Source: Azolla caroliniana (Eukaryota; Plantae; Polypodiophyta). From it: a DNA stretch of 64,000 bases. The notes beneath the pieces are model-generated. The model made no database searches. It saw nothing but the letters and a program-made list of their open reading frames with translations, and was not told the DNA's origin. Positions 1 through 14,300 of the stretch are shown piece by piece. Both the position numbers and the translations under genes were made by a program. The stretch is taken from NCBI GenBank assembly GCA_043228905.1, contig JBHGNT010000016.1:9424001-9488000 (forward strand). Reading direction: 5' to 3'. How positions within the stretch are numbered: the first letter of the stretch is position 1; each line of letters starts with the position of its first letter.

Positions 1-287
1 AATAGTCTAAGTGTGCGCCCCATGAGGGCTACGTATGTAAATAGCCAGAAAGTTGTGTAAGTATATATATACAACTAGGGAAAACTTTATGCGTGTGTTA
101 GTGACAGTGTAAGAACAGAAGTTGTAGAACGTGAGAGAGTGTGAGAGAGAAGAAGTGTGAGTCGTGCCATAGCTGTGTGAGTAACAGCAGACGCGAAGAG
201 CCTTGTGTGGCCGATACACTCGATAGAGTGTTGTATTCCTCTCGGTGTTGTATATCCACTTTGTATAGTGAAGAAATCTGTTCACCA
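1..287. mobile_element. End of an LTR inserted into a copia RT region
   Basis: Non-coding, GA/GT-rich sequence ending ...TTCACCA. Copia RT sequence resumes abruptly at 288 and matches the uninterrupted copy at ~61555 (TTGCGTAAGATGGGGTTTGCGGCCTC). Confidence 0.45.
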
Positions 288-1260
288 ATTGCGTAAGATT
301 GGGTTTGCGGCCTCCAAGTCTAACTCTTCATTGTTCATCCAGAAGAGTCCAAAGGGTCTGGTATGAATTCTTCTATATGTCGATGACTTGGTCGTCACCG
401 GACCCGACCTCATTGAAATCGGTTGAGTCAAGCCCCAACTGTCGGACACATTTGAGGTGAAGGACCTGGGGGACCTTCACTACTTCATTAGGATCGAAGT
501 GATCCACACCCTGACAACATATTGTTGTCTTAGCGACACTATGTGTTGAATATGTTGTTCATGTTCGGCATGATCGATTGCCGACTGGTCTCGACACCCC
601 TTGACCGGAATCTGAAGTTACAACTTGACTCTAGAATGGCCTACGATGACAGAAGGTTCCAACCAATTGTGGGAAGCCTAACATACCTGACTATCACATG
701 ACCTGACATCAGTTATCTGGTCGGACCGATCAACACATTCATGTAGCGCCCAACCGTTGAGCACCTTCAATGTGCGCATCGACTACTATGATATGTGAGC
801 GGCACTAAGAATCTGGGATTGTTGTACCAACAGGGAGTAATCAAACAATTAGTCGTATATACTAATGCCGACTGGGCCAGTGATGCGTCGGATAGTTGGT
901 CAACATTCGGATTTATGTTTTCTCTTGGGAGTGCAGTTGTCGTATGGAGCAGCAAGAAGCAGTCGACAGTGGCTCTATTGAGCACTGAGGCTAAGTACCA
1001 AGGAGCTACTGTTGCGACCTATGAAGCCATATGGATTTGGCAGTTGTTGTAGGACATTCGGATCACAGTATCGATTCCTGTCTCGATCTACTGTGAGAAC
1101 ATCACTAGAATGCAAGTAGCAAAGAACCCCGTGTTCCATGCTCGCACAAAGCACATCGAGGTGCATTATCACTTTGTGCATGAGCGAGTCTTGAGCGGTG
1201 AACTCGAACTCCGGTATGTTAGGGAGTGGAGACAGAGGTAGAGCGAGTCGAGGAGACAAA
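288..1260 (+). mobile_element. Degenerate Ty1/copia RT-RNase H fragment (family A)
   Basis: LLYVDDL, ADWA, WSSKKQSTVALLSTEAKY and NPVFHARTKHIEVHYHF motifs with stops and frameshifts. Homologous to 61555-62490. Confidence 0.9.
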
Positions 1261-1269
1261 GGTAGAATG

Positions 1270-2060
1270 AGTTAGGGAGACAAACCCCACAACATTAGAG
1301 ATGGAATCATGGAAGTCCAAAATACAATGAATGAGGAAACTATTCAATGTCTCAAGCAAGGGTTAGGATCCTTCGACCGTGCAACTATTTTGGAATTTAT
1401 ACAAACATTGGAAGATGTGACTGAGAAGGTGTATTGTGTTGGTGCACCGAAATCAACCAATGAAGAAGATGGCAAATCAATAAATTGCAACCAACAAATC
1501 AATGCCAAACGAAGTGCAACAATAGACATCTCACCAGAACTTATTGGCAGCTCCCCAAACACTTCCAAATCCCACACCAGAAAACTACAAAGGGGAGGAG
1601 GAGATTGCCAATATGTGACCATGAGAAGGTTCGGTGTTTCTGTTGCGATGGCTTGACCTTGACTTAAAGGGACTCGATCGTTACATGTTGTAAAAAATGT
1701 GGTTGCATTTTGCCATCATCCCGACATGAGTCATAAACTTATGTGACGTGTGTATTCATATTTCATTTTAGGTTTTTTCGCATGGATTATTCCCATGTAA
1801 GATGTAAGCTTTAAGTCGATTTGTTATATGAAGCTTGGAGATATAAGTTTGTGTGATTTTTGAGCTTTAAGTTTTAAGTTTTGTGCAATTGGAAATTTGG
1901 GGTTTTTTTGAGTAATTTTTATGCATCATTTTCATGGCAAATATTTGTTGTACACTTTGGAAGTTTTTGGAGTTTTTGATGTTTGTTTCTGAGTCAGTCG
2001 GGGTCCTACCCTGAGTCAGTCGGGGCCCCGGTGGTGATAAGATGCTGTCAAATAGAGGGG
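1270..2060 (+). mobile_element. Probable 3' end (PPT + LTR) of another LTR retrotransposon, just upstream of TOP3B
   Basis: Purine tract AAAGGGGAGGAGGAGA (1589-1604) followed by TG at 1606, then T-rich LTR-like sequence. Right boundary uncertain. Confidence 0.4.
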
Positions 2061-2283
2061 CTCCTTGTTAGAGAGTTGGGCTCCTCCCTCCCTGGTGACA
2101 CACGAGTCAATAGCCTACTACGAACGATCCCACCCCAACTCTCTCCCATCTATTTCTATTTACGTATGTATTAATTTTCACTATGACTTTGCTACTGCTA
2201 CTGCATACATATTCTTGTACAAAACGAGAGATCTTCTGCCTTTGTAACCCTCCTCCTCTCTCAGGATTTCTACACCTCTTGCA

Positions 2284-2294
2284 GCACACGCGCG

Positions 2295-2333
<39 letters not shown>
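2284..2333. repeat. Compound (CG)n(CA)n microsatellite ending ~10 bp upstream of the TOP3B ATG
   Basis: gcacacgcgcgcgcgcgcgcacaca...caca, read directly. Confidence 0.95.
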
Positions 2334-2338
<5 letters not shown>

Positions 2339-2342
2339 CGAC

Positions 2343-5300
2343 ATGGCTCCTCCAATCGTGCTCATGGTATGCACAGATTTATTTTCCATCTTCTTGTTTT
2401 CGTATGCATATATTTCCCTCCTGCCTACACATTCGTTTAAGCCATGATAGCTTCTACTCTTTTCTTCCGCATATTATGTGAACACTGTCTATTCATTTAC
2501 ACATGTGGTATGCCTTCTTCTTTTTGGTGCAGGTTGCTGAGAAACCAAGCATCGCATCTTCTGTTGCGTCCTTACTTTCATCTGGCAGGGTTTGTATATG
2601 TGATTCTTCAGTAATTTCATATTTATATTCCTAAATTTCAGGATCCTTTTTTCCATTCATTAGAAAATTATACTTTCAAGTGTTCTGTTACTATATTTAA
2701 ACTTTGTTTAAAATTGGCCTGAGACAACTCATACACATCAGCTCTCATGGGAGACATAAAACTAGTCATAATACCAAAATGGCGTATAACATCCAATGGA
2801 GATTGCAGCTATTGATGCTAACACAAAAATGCAAGAAACTCAAAGAAAAATGTCTTCACATTTTACCTTCCTAAATGGACACAACTTGATCATATGTAAA
2901 CTATGCGAAGTTTCCAATGTTTTCATCAAAGGACTTTGCCAAAAACAATTCTAACCGGCAGTTGCCTTTTCTAGTCTTGTTCATGGTGCTTTGAAATAAC
3001 TTCATTTCTTAATGCATTTTTAATTATCGAGTACAAATAGTCTCAATGTTTGTCTGGCCGTAAGTAGACCGCATTGTTTTCTTGACAAGGGTTCGGATGG
3101 TTGCGTCACATCAATACTAGTTGGAAATATGTGATATAAACTTCGTTTTTGTTTACTTGGTTAAAAAGTGTGCAAATGTTTCTTATTCATAAGATAAATA
3201 GAGAATGTGTGTCAAAAGTAAGTTTGGGGGCGAATGATTGAGAATCTCAACATTATGCCTAATGCGAATATAAGAAATGTATACTCGGTAAGATGTGTTG
3301 CGTTTTTATGCTTTTAAATCTATACCTCTCATTGTAAATATTTTTATCTTATGCTTCTTAACAGTTAACTATGTGAAACTGATTAGAAGTCATCATATTT
3401 TTAAAGTGGTCACTGAACATTTGAAAGATTTGTTGTTTTCGATTAAATTTTTTATGTTTATTTATTTATTCTTTACTCTTCAACAATATGCTATGTGCAA
3501 CATTCATTCACATAGCATGAGCATTGTGAAATATGCTCGTTTACATTTTTTTAGTTGTTTTTATGACAGGCTACAACAAGAAGATCTTATTTGGAAGTAC
3601 ATGAATTCAGTGGAAATTTCAAGGGAATGCAAGTGCGTTTCAGAGTCACTTCAGTAATTGGGCATGTTTTTAGGTACTTCAAGAATCTATGTACTTTATT
3701 CCCTTTGGATATTAATCAATGTGGGCATAATTGTAGTTTTTACTTTTGTTTTATCAAGAGAGTGGTTGAAGCATTTCAGAGGAGAGAGTAACATGCAGAC
3801 ATATTCATGCCATATGAAAGAACATGGAGCAAAAGTCATATTTAAAAATATCATTTCCTTAACTATCTGCATTACAAAGGTTAGTAACCCTGGGGGATTC
3901 ACTTGTGGACTTGCTCTATTAAGAGAGCAAATGAAGCATTTAAGAAGAGAAAGTAGCATGAAAATATACTTATGCCACTGTGAAAGAACTAAGCGTAAAG
4001 TAAAGTATCATTTTCTTAACTATCGGCCGCATGCGAGGATGATGGTTATTGTGTTTTAGAATTCCATCACATAGGATGGTAGCTCTGGGAGATTCACTTG
4101 CATATAATTATATGGATTCCTATGAATAATTCACACATACTCCATTACTAAAATGTAAATGCAAATCTTCCATTTCGCCGTTAACTTCTAAATTTGACTG
4201 CCTTCAATGCTTGCAATGTTGTTTCATAGAGAATCTAGTGTTTCTGTTTTCAAAAGGTAAACAGTTATGCTCTACGCAGTTCTAACTCCCAATGCATTCT
4301 ATATTGCATTTTTCTCTTTTAAGGCCGTTTCTATACTATATCTCACACAATTAACTTTGTCACTAATAATTTGGTATAAGATATCTTCTTTTTCCTTGTA
4401 TCCATCTGATGAGACTTGCATTTTCCGCATCTTGTCTACCCTTCGAGCACTACCTAGGATGGCTGCTCCCTTTGTTCGTATCTTTATGGGGTTTTCCATA
4501 TGTCTGCCCCAAGTCTTGATCTCTATGGTCTCAACTTCATTAAGTGTCCACAGAAAATCCATGGCATTCTAGCTAGATAGTATGGATAGCAGAGAGATTA
4601 ATGCCAAGTAGTGAAGACATATTAATGCAGAGATTAATGGATAGATTAGGTAGGATTTAAGGCAGAGATTCAGGAAAGAGAGACTCACCAGTTATTAAGG
4701 AAAGTAGTAACAAGAGATTAACATAGGGGTTCAGTAGAGATTAACACAAAAACTCAGCAGATATTAATGCAGGCATTCAACATACATTACCATTATAAAA
4801 TTATACTCATGGATGCAAGCATAGGTGATTGATGATGCTAGTTTCCTCACTAGCTAGTGAAAACCTAGTGTATGAGGATAGAGAAATAAGATATAACCTG
4901 CATAATTTATCTTTCAATGTTATGAAAAATGTCAACAAGATTTAGAACATTTCTGAATATTTTATTAATACTCTCTTTGCAACTTTCTGCTTTGGTAAAT
5001 AGTGTTGATTTTCCTGCGAAGTTTCAAAATTGGGAGACTACAGACCCTAAAGATCTATTTCAAGCTCCTATTGTAAAATCTGAAGCTAACCCTAAGGTGA
5101 CAATGCTATGTAATCAATATTGGCTTTCATAATTCTGTGATTAATTCTCTTTGCGTGATACTGTATAATGTCATAAAATATTAGTTTTCTAATGTTAAGA
5201 TAAACTTGCTTAATGTCTAGCTTAGAATTTCAGATCTAATGCTAGTCATATACCAAGCATGTGAATAAAGATGTACATTTAAAATCACCACAAAATGCAA

Positions 5301-8300
5301 TTGGTTATCCAATTTGATTTGTATACTGAATTTTTTGACTTGAATATACACTATTGAATTACAAGTGAAACTGGCCCGAACAATTTTCTATATCAGTGAT
5401 TAAAATCATTGCTCATAATTAGCTTTTACCCAAATCATAATCATTAAAATTGTGCTTCAGAAGTGAGTAAGAATTTTTACGATTCGACACAATACATCGA
5501 TTGGACTCAAAACTTGGCACCCTTGTGTGTATTTCTTCATCAATCCAACTAGAATCAAAGATCATAAGCATGGTGTTTCATCCAACACACAATCTGCAGT
5601 GATACCTGAAAACTATAATTTCTGATACCTGAAAACAGTGATAGAAAGCGTAATATCTGATCAGAAATTATATTTTTGTCTCTGAATAGAACTTAATGTA
5701 TATTTCTTTTCTCATATGGATATCGTCAAATTATTTATAACTCCTGGTTGCTAATTTAATTTTTGTGTGGCTGTTTCCATGGATCCTTTGGGTTACTCTT
5801 TTGTTTGGTCTTATAGAACAAAACCATGGTTTTCTTGTTATAGAGTCTCTTTTAGCACCAAATACAAAGTATTGCTGAAAAACCCTTTTTGATTAAGTAG
5901 TTTATTGACAGTTTTTTATAAAAAAAGATCAATTAACTAAATTAATTGCATAAAACTGTGATAGTTTTATACACAAAGATGGTAAACACGGTAGAAAATT
6001 TCTATGTTCTTGTCAAGATGCTATTTAACTTTTCAGCTATTCACAACTCGCGGAAAGCTAGTATGTGTGGGTGTTTCTGAAACTTTCTGGCTACCCTTGT
6101 CTTCTTAGAGAAGAACTTCACAATATCAACTTAGCCATGTTTTTCTTGTTGCATAGTAATTCCTTCTAGCACCATATTTTTGAAGTATTGCTGAAAATCC
6201 CATTGTGATTAACTATTTCAATAGCAATTAATCATTAAAAAGATAAATTATTTGTGTTAATTGCATAAGCTATTGCAGTTTAGTACAAAGAGATGGTGAA
6301 TATATAGATCATTTTCATGTTGGTGTGAGGATGTTATGTACCTTAAAATCTTTATGATTGCTACTAGCTTCTTATTGGCATGTGTTATTTGGTGAAGGCA
6401 CATGTCTGCAAACATCTGCAACAAGAAGCACATGGATGTGATTATCTTGTCCTTTGGCTTGATTGTGATCGTGAAGGTGAAAACATATGTTTTGAAGGTA
6501 ATGTATGTCGAATTGTTTCTTTATCTCCTTGTTTCTCATCGCAAATGTTACTTGTGCAAGTGGCCATTCCTTCATCTTTAGGGTATGCTATGTGCACATT
6601 CCATTGTGATTTTAGTCTGATGGGTGTGAAGACAGCGGTTTTGTACATGGATGTCAAAACTCTATTACAGTTTTTAAATGATACTTGAAAATTGTAAACA
6701 TATGCATTTCTTTGTCAAAGATGTGCCCGTGTTTTATTATGAATGATGATTACTATATTGTATACCTGTAATAAATTCAATATATATATATATATATATA
6801 TATATATTGCTACGTCATTTTCTATATACATACTGTAAGATATATAATATTGGTACATAATATTTAGTAAAAGCTGTATGACGATTTTGGTTATGTGAAT
6901 TGGCACCAGAATGTTCTTTTATGGCATAAGCTATATTAGATTATTATGTAAGTTATATAGTATACAATATGTATAAGTATATTCTATGATTCATCTATTT
7001 ATAGATTAGTTTATATATAAGGAAAGCAAAAAGGTATCTCATTAATATAAAGCACTAAGAATAAAAACTTATGATTGCTGTCAAAACATCAAAGTTATTG
7101 CATTAATATATACCAAAGTGTTAACTTTTTGCATCCTTGAAAGATTTTTATAGGAGACAAAGATAAGAATGGATTATTTTAATATATAGTTTTCTGAAGG
7201 TGTATTACGTGTCTGAAAAAAGGAACCAATTTCTAAGCCCTCTCCTGGATGGACATGCAGTGATAGAGAGCATAGGAGGAGTCATGAAGAAAATGTCTGC
7301 TCAGCAGATCTATCGAGCTCATTTCTCTGCAATTAGTGAGCGTGATATTTTACATGCAATGGAAAATTTAGTTTCTCCAAATCAAAATGAAGCATTGGCT
7401 GTCGATGCACGGCAAGAGATAGACCTCAAGGTGGGAGTAGCATTTACAAGATTCCAGACGCGATATTTCCAAGGAAAATATGGAAATCTTGATTCTAATG
7501 TTATATCGTACGTATCTGTTTGGTGATATTGCGTACTCCTGAATTTCGGTCACCGTGGGTTTTGTGTATAATATAATTTGAACAATTTTGAAAATGCCAC
7601 ATGCATTTTCAGGTATGGACCTTGTCAAACTCCAACGCTAGGTTTTTGTGTGGAGCGCCACTTACAAATAACTACTTTCAGCCCTGAATCCTTTTGGAGT
7701 ATACGCCCGCGGTTGAATAAAGGGGGTCATCAGTTGCAGTTGAGTTGGGATCGCAATAGAGTTTTTGATAAAGATGTAAGTGTTTAGTTATGGTAAAATA
7801 TAAAAATATGGAGAGAGAATTTTCTTGATCATAGCGAGACTATCATAAGGGTACTTTTTATATTACTCCTAAATATGAGAGGTAGTTTTTATATTTTCCC
7901 TCTACCTATTCTTCTAAAATACCTTAATTCATGAATATCTCTCCATATGTGGTGCATGTTCAGACCATATTGTGCTGAAAAATGAGCAGGTAGCTCTCAT
8001 GTTTCACAAGATGGTAGCTGCTGCAATCACATTCAAAGTTAAAGATGTATCAAAAAAAGAGGAACGAAAAGGGAGGCCAGTAGGGTTGAACACTGTAAAC
8101 ATGCTCAAGGTAATTATTTTTGACATCATGTCTATCATAAAAGTTATGGATAAAATCTACACCAAAACTCAACAACTTTACTTTTCATTGAAGCCTTAGT
8201 GTTTTAAGCTTGTATAGAAGGCGAATAATTTGAACACTAGAGTGATTGTAATGTACAAGAAGGTTGAATTTTGAACATTTTTAGCCTAAATTTGATATTT

Positions 8301-11300
8301 TAAGAAAAATCTTTAAATTTGTAAAGAGGTAAATAAAATTAAAAGTGACTAAAGAATCTTGTTATCGATACTTGTAAGATTCTCAAGTCAGATAGTTTGT
8401 AATTTTTGTCTTCGAAAGGTCTCTAGCATAGGTCGATCCAGAATTGAGAGATTCTGAAGTGAGGGAAGCACTTGCGATAGAGGTAGATAATGGCCTTTAT
8501 ATGTTGATGACAAGGATGGGTAGATTGTGGTTCACTAGGCCGGTGCCTACATGCACGACAAATTGCTATTGCCCGATCTATCATGACCCTTTTGCAATGT
8601 CCTGGTTGAGATCCCATTTGTGTAGCTCTTTATTGATTTGTAGCATAAGTAGGAGTGATGTCTAAAGTTGTGATCATAGATTGACACATGCGTGATATTC
8701 GTGACATTCTCCATGCGCAATATTCTCAATATTCGAGAATATGAAATGACCCTAAGAATATTAAAAAACCATTCGTTTTGCAAAATAGATATAAAATATT
8801 TATTTATTTATTTAAATAAATTTATTTTACCAAAAAAAGAACAATTATTCATTAATAGATTATAGTGTCAAGAGAGTTTATGAAACTTATTTTAATTTAT
8901 CAATCAATTAATTAATTTTTAAAAAACGAATATTTTTATATTTACTATACAAATATGATTAGTATAAACTTTGAATATATGATTAGTTTGAAGTACTATT
9001 TTTAATGTCAAAATAAAAATATCCATAAATTTTGAGGGAATAAAAAGTGAGAAATTTATGAGCCTTTATTTTATTTTATTTATTTATTAAAAATAAAACG
9101 AATACTTATAATTTATAAGTTATACATTTATTATAAAAATTTAGTAGTGACAAATCCCCAAGTCCCTCTTTTATTATCCCTATTTATTGTCAAGTTCCTT
9201 TTTTTTTATCCTAGGAAATTAAAAAAGACATTTTTTTTTTTGAGTTAAACGAATACTTGACCACCCATTCGTATTCGTATTCATATGCATTCGAATGGGA
9301 AACCCAACGAATGCGAATATGTCAATCTATGGTTGTGATTGTTCTTTCGTGCTAAGCTTGTTTTGTAGTGTTGTTTGTCAAGAACTTCTCCCTGTGTCTC
9401 ATGAGTTCTAGCAAGAAAAGCCCCAAACACTGTTGGTCCTCGTATTCCATTACCTTGTGTATTGGGCCAAACCCTTGCTTAAAGAGGCAATGGTATTAAC
9501 CTCTTATTTTAATAAAAAACACTACAATGACAAACATAATGTTCTTTAGATTCCACTACCTGATGACACAATTGACATATCTATCTTTCTTCTAAGGTAT
9601 TCATGCATATCTGCCTACCTCAATCTCTAGCTGATATGATGAAGTTCACTGCTGCCGTATCACACTGTGCAGTACATAGGATAGATTTATGTCCATATAA
9701 GATAGCTTGATGATGAACCCATCCTCTGATGTGTATAAATAATGTCTTATAATGGGCCATCTTCCTACCAAGTGATATTTTGGGGATGATCCACATTATC
9801 TTGTTTTCCAAGTTAATAATATCAATTCTAATCACTCTATTCTTTTCCACTTTGGTCATATTTAGATGGGAACTCGAACCATTGCTGCATTTCAGCATAC
9901 CAACAATGAATGTCTCCATGTTCAACAATTTGTTTTAATGACAGAAGTGCCAACCTTGAATATCTTCTTTTAGGGAGCTCCCAAAGCCATTGGATACAGG
10001 TCAGTGATCAGAATAATGCCTCAATGATTATAGGGTCTGCTCCCATCTCTGTGCACAGTATATTGTGGAGCACTGGTGCTTTGCTTCTTATCATGCTGGC
10101 AATCATTGACAGTTACAGTCTCTCTAAATCTATCCAATTATTTGCCTTGTTAAGACTCAGGTCTCCACGTCTCTTTTGAAGACAAAAGTTATAATATATC
10201 TAACTTGAGAATCTCGCATGTGGCGAAAACCAGATTCTTTAGTCTCGTTTTATCTTATTTATTTTAATATTTACTTAGTAATGTTTATTTTATTTTAATT
10301 TGTTATTCTCAAAGACGAGACAATACCACAAGTGTATCAAATAGCCACAATTTAGTTCGTGGCTCTTGGAGTTGCGAATGTGCAAATTGTCTATCAAGAG
10401 CACCAAGGGCTGCATATACACAAGAAAGTCGGGCTGAAGCAGCCTTCCGTAAGGAAAACCTTGGCCCTGTAAATGTTACTCCTATGCATGTTTAAGAGGA
10501 TTTCTATGCCACCATTTCCTCTCCCAAGGAGAATTCTGGTTATAATCTTGTTACCCATGCTTTAGTGGTGTTAAACACCATCACTTTTATTTTATCCATG
10601 TTTATCGACTAACCTTTGTCTGTACAAAATACTTTTAAGGTGGACAAATGTCTTTGTAGTTCCTCGAAAGAGTTTGAAGTCAGCACATATCATCAACGCA
10701 TAGAAATATTTGTATGGTTTTACTCGATAGGCATGCTTTTGGTCCTCGAATCTCTTTAATGTAATATGATACCTTGTCTATATAGAGACTAAAGAGAGTG
10801 GGTGATGGTGGGCATCCTTGTTTTACTCCAATTGTGCTAGCCACAGCCTCTGACAAACCATTGGGAGATTGCACTTTTCCTAACACGGATTCTTACAGTG
10901 TATAGACGCGCCATGACATATCTATAGCAATCCCAAGGGCTTCTAGCCGTTGCATAAGCCGAGAACGGGGCACAATGTCAAAGATTTTCGGAAATCCACA
11001 AAGCAACAATGACTTCTCTTATTATGGATTCTGCTCTCCAAAGTTGTGAACCCCTTCTGAAAGCCTGCCTGTCCAGCTGAGTGGCAACCATTTCTTTTTG
11101 TGGTGTAAAGAAGGTTGATTCACGTGGGCGTGAGGCATTCGGGTGGGGAAGAGGAGGTCGCCCCGGGATATCATATAGAACCTTTGCATATTCATGCCAC
11201 ACTTGAGGTGAGGTCAGTTGTGTGGTGGGTTGCCTCTCATTAAACATTTTCCATGCTCTTTTACTCTCTTGTCCTAGGAACGAGCAATACAAATGATCTT

Positions 11301-14300
11301 CAAATTTAGCCAAATACAATCTCTTCTGCCTCCTTACGAGGTGTTGGAAGGTTGCTCTTGCTTGGTTGTGTGTATAAATGCCCCGAGTTACATCACGCTG
11401 CAAGCATCTCCTTGTATCGCGACATTCCTCATCATACCAACTATTTTGTATTACTCTACCAAGTTTGGGGGGATTGGCTGTTGTGTGAGGGAAGGCATTT
11501 GTGGTTGCTTTATGCAATGATTTGGACAATCCTTGGGTAAGTTCTTCAAGGGGTGCGAAAGGATCTAAATCTAGCATGCCATTGTATACACAACAACTAT
11601 ACACATCAATTGTCTTCCGAGTAAATAGATACTTAGCCAGCCCACTCTCCTTAGCATATACATCCTTTGTGCATTCATCCTTTACCTCGAAGCGTAGATA
11701 TGCATGATCTGCTGCGAAGCCAATAGGTCTACCTGATATAGTGAACACTTTTATTTCAGGTATAAGAGATGGAGATCCCATTAGATAGTCCACTGTGCTT
11801 GCACCTCCTTTTGGGTTCCCACATGTCAAAGCATTTGATCCAGGCCATTGTGACAAGCCATTATATATCACCAATCCATGCGCAGTTCCCAAGGCTAGAA
11901 AGTGTTTTCCATATTTAGTTATAGCACTCATATCTTGAGCTTGTCGCTTTAGACCAACCTCTTCTTCCATAACTTCTCCATAAACAGCCTCGTTGGTGTT
12001 AAACATAGTTGTTCATCCTTGGTTCGTGCATTAAAATCTCCTAATAGTATAATGTCCCCCATAGTAGCAAATCTTATGATATCATCATATAGAGGTAGAT
12101 ATGGTGATTCACCTAGAGGTGCAAACCTTGAGTAAGCAGGTGGAAACCTTGAGTAAGTAGCAAATTGCAATGTATAACTCCCTAAGATCCCCTCTTTTTA
12201 TTCGTATCCACATGTAGCGTGCATCTACATCCTTATGGACAACATGCACTCTATCATGGAGGAGTGGTTGTATAGCACAACCACTCCTCCCGAACCTCTA
12301 GTGCTTCCTCGTGTCCGAGGTTGGGGGCGACATATTGACTCCCATCTATATCCTTGTACGTCGGGGAGTTTGCTAGCCATGTATTGGTGAGTCTTTGTAT
12401 ACATAGCAATATTTGTGTTTTTCAATGTATCTTCAAAATATCCGACATCTGTATGTAGAGAGCTGTTGCAATTCCATATGGTCATGCGTAGGGTCTCATA
12501 GGCCATATATCGTCATGCGGTTCTCTTCTCTGTAATAATGACCTTGCCATCTCTATATACGGCCCATTTTCCTTCCTTTCTTGCATCAAGCACTCGTGTC
12601 ATGTTTTCTTTGCGGTGTGCCACTTGGGTTGGAGTGAGATCGTCATCTAAGTATATTTTTTCACCCTTGAGTGCCTTTCTTTTAGAGAGGAAAGCTTTTT
12701 TCTTGTCAATATCCATGAAGAGGATGATAAGGGCTTTAGCTCTAGACTCATCTCTTCCCACCCTCCACGCCGAAGCAAAAGGAATATCTGATGCTCCAAT
12801 CTTTGTTCCGAGATTCTTGGCATCTTCTTGTGGACTTCCTTTTTCGGCCCAACCAACCACTTGTACATGCAACACACGAGCTTTCCTCTTGGCTTCTTCT
12901 TCTAATGTAGTATTCATCATTGCCGTCCTATCCATGGATGTTCCTTTTTGCTTTTTCACTACCTCTATCCAAGGAGCATTTGCTTTAATTTCATTTTGGG
13001 CTTGCTCAGCTTGAGCTTTGGCATCTTTGGCCATGTCTACCCATGTTTGCATTTCCTTAGTGACATTGGCTTTCACTGTAGAGATGCATCTTTTCACTGC
13101 TTCTTGTCCTTTTTCTAAATCCACTGTTATAGCTCCTAACACAACTTTACTTGAGGATATTTCATCCTTAAGGTATTGTGTCATGTCATCCTTGAGCTCT
13201 AAGTGTGATTTCTTCACATTGTTTATTATGTCTTTCCGCATCTCTTCTAATAACTTAGTCTTGACAGAGGCATACAACTCTGTTTTTATGTTTCTCTCTC
13301 TTTTTTCATTTCTTCTTTTAGTGCTATTTCTATTTCCTCTCTAATAAGATTGATCTCTTGCGCAATCAAATGGCGTACTAGATCATGTTTCCCATTTTTG
13401 ACATCAAATGGAATGTCGAATGGGGCCTGTGTTCTGGGTGCCTTGTGCACCCTTCTAACGCTATTCGGGGTGCTTCCATCCCATCCTTTTCGTCTATGGT
13501 ATCTTCTTGGGGTCTTCCATGGATCTGGACCCTCGTCGTGCGTGTTAAGATCCATCTTTTCATTTTCTGTCCATTCAGACTCCATGGTGTCTTAGGACAG
13601 CAGGTACAGGGTATGAAATGCTGAGGGCAGAGGGAACAATATAGATTCCAGGAATTTCTATTGGCCAGAAAACACAGACGAACAGATTTGGTGGAAAATG
13701 CAGGGAATCAGATTTGGCAGAGAATGCAGAGGATCAAGCATTGCAGAAAACGTTGAGGACAGACATTGCAGAAAACACAAAGGCTTAGACATTGCAGAGA
13801 ACACACAGGGCAGACATAGCAGAAAACGCAGAGACAGAGAAAGAAAGAAAGAAAGAAAGAAACATTTACGTCTTTTAAGAGGCCCAAAATGGCCTATAAG
13901 CCCAAACAAGAGATTGCACCTTAAGTGTTTTGTCGTCTTTGAGAACAACAAATCAAAATAAATAAATGCTACTAAGGAAAAAGAAATAAATAAGATAAAA
14001 GAGACTAAAGATTTTTGTTATCGAGCTCAAGTTGTGTGGTAAGTTGCCTCTCTTTTAAGTGTTTTGTTGTCTTTGAGAACAAATCAAAATAAATAAATGC
14101 TACTAAGGAAAAAGAAGTAAATAAGATAAAAGAGACTAAAGATTCTTGTTATCGAGCTCAAGTTGCATGGTAAGTCGCCTCTCTTCAAGCATTTTCCATG
14201 CTCTTTTACTATCTTGTCCTAGGAACATGTGACACACGTGCTTCAAATTTAGCTAAATATGATCTCTTCTTCTTCCTTAGGAGATGTTGGAAAGTTGGTC

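Noticed and set aside
1309-1656. 115-aa ORF as a host gene
   Set aside because: No recognisable domain, and it runs across a PPT/LTR-like junction.
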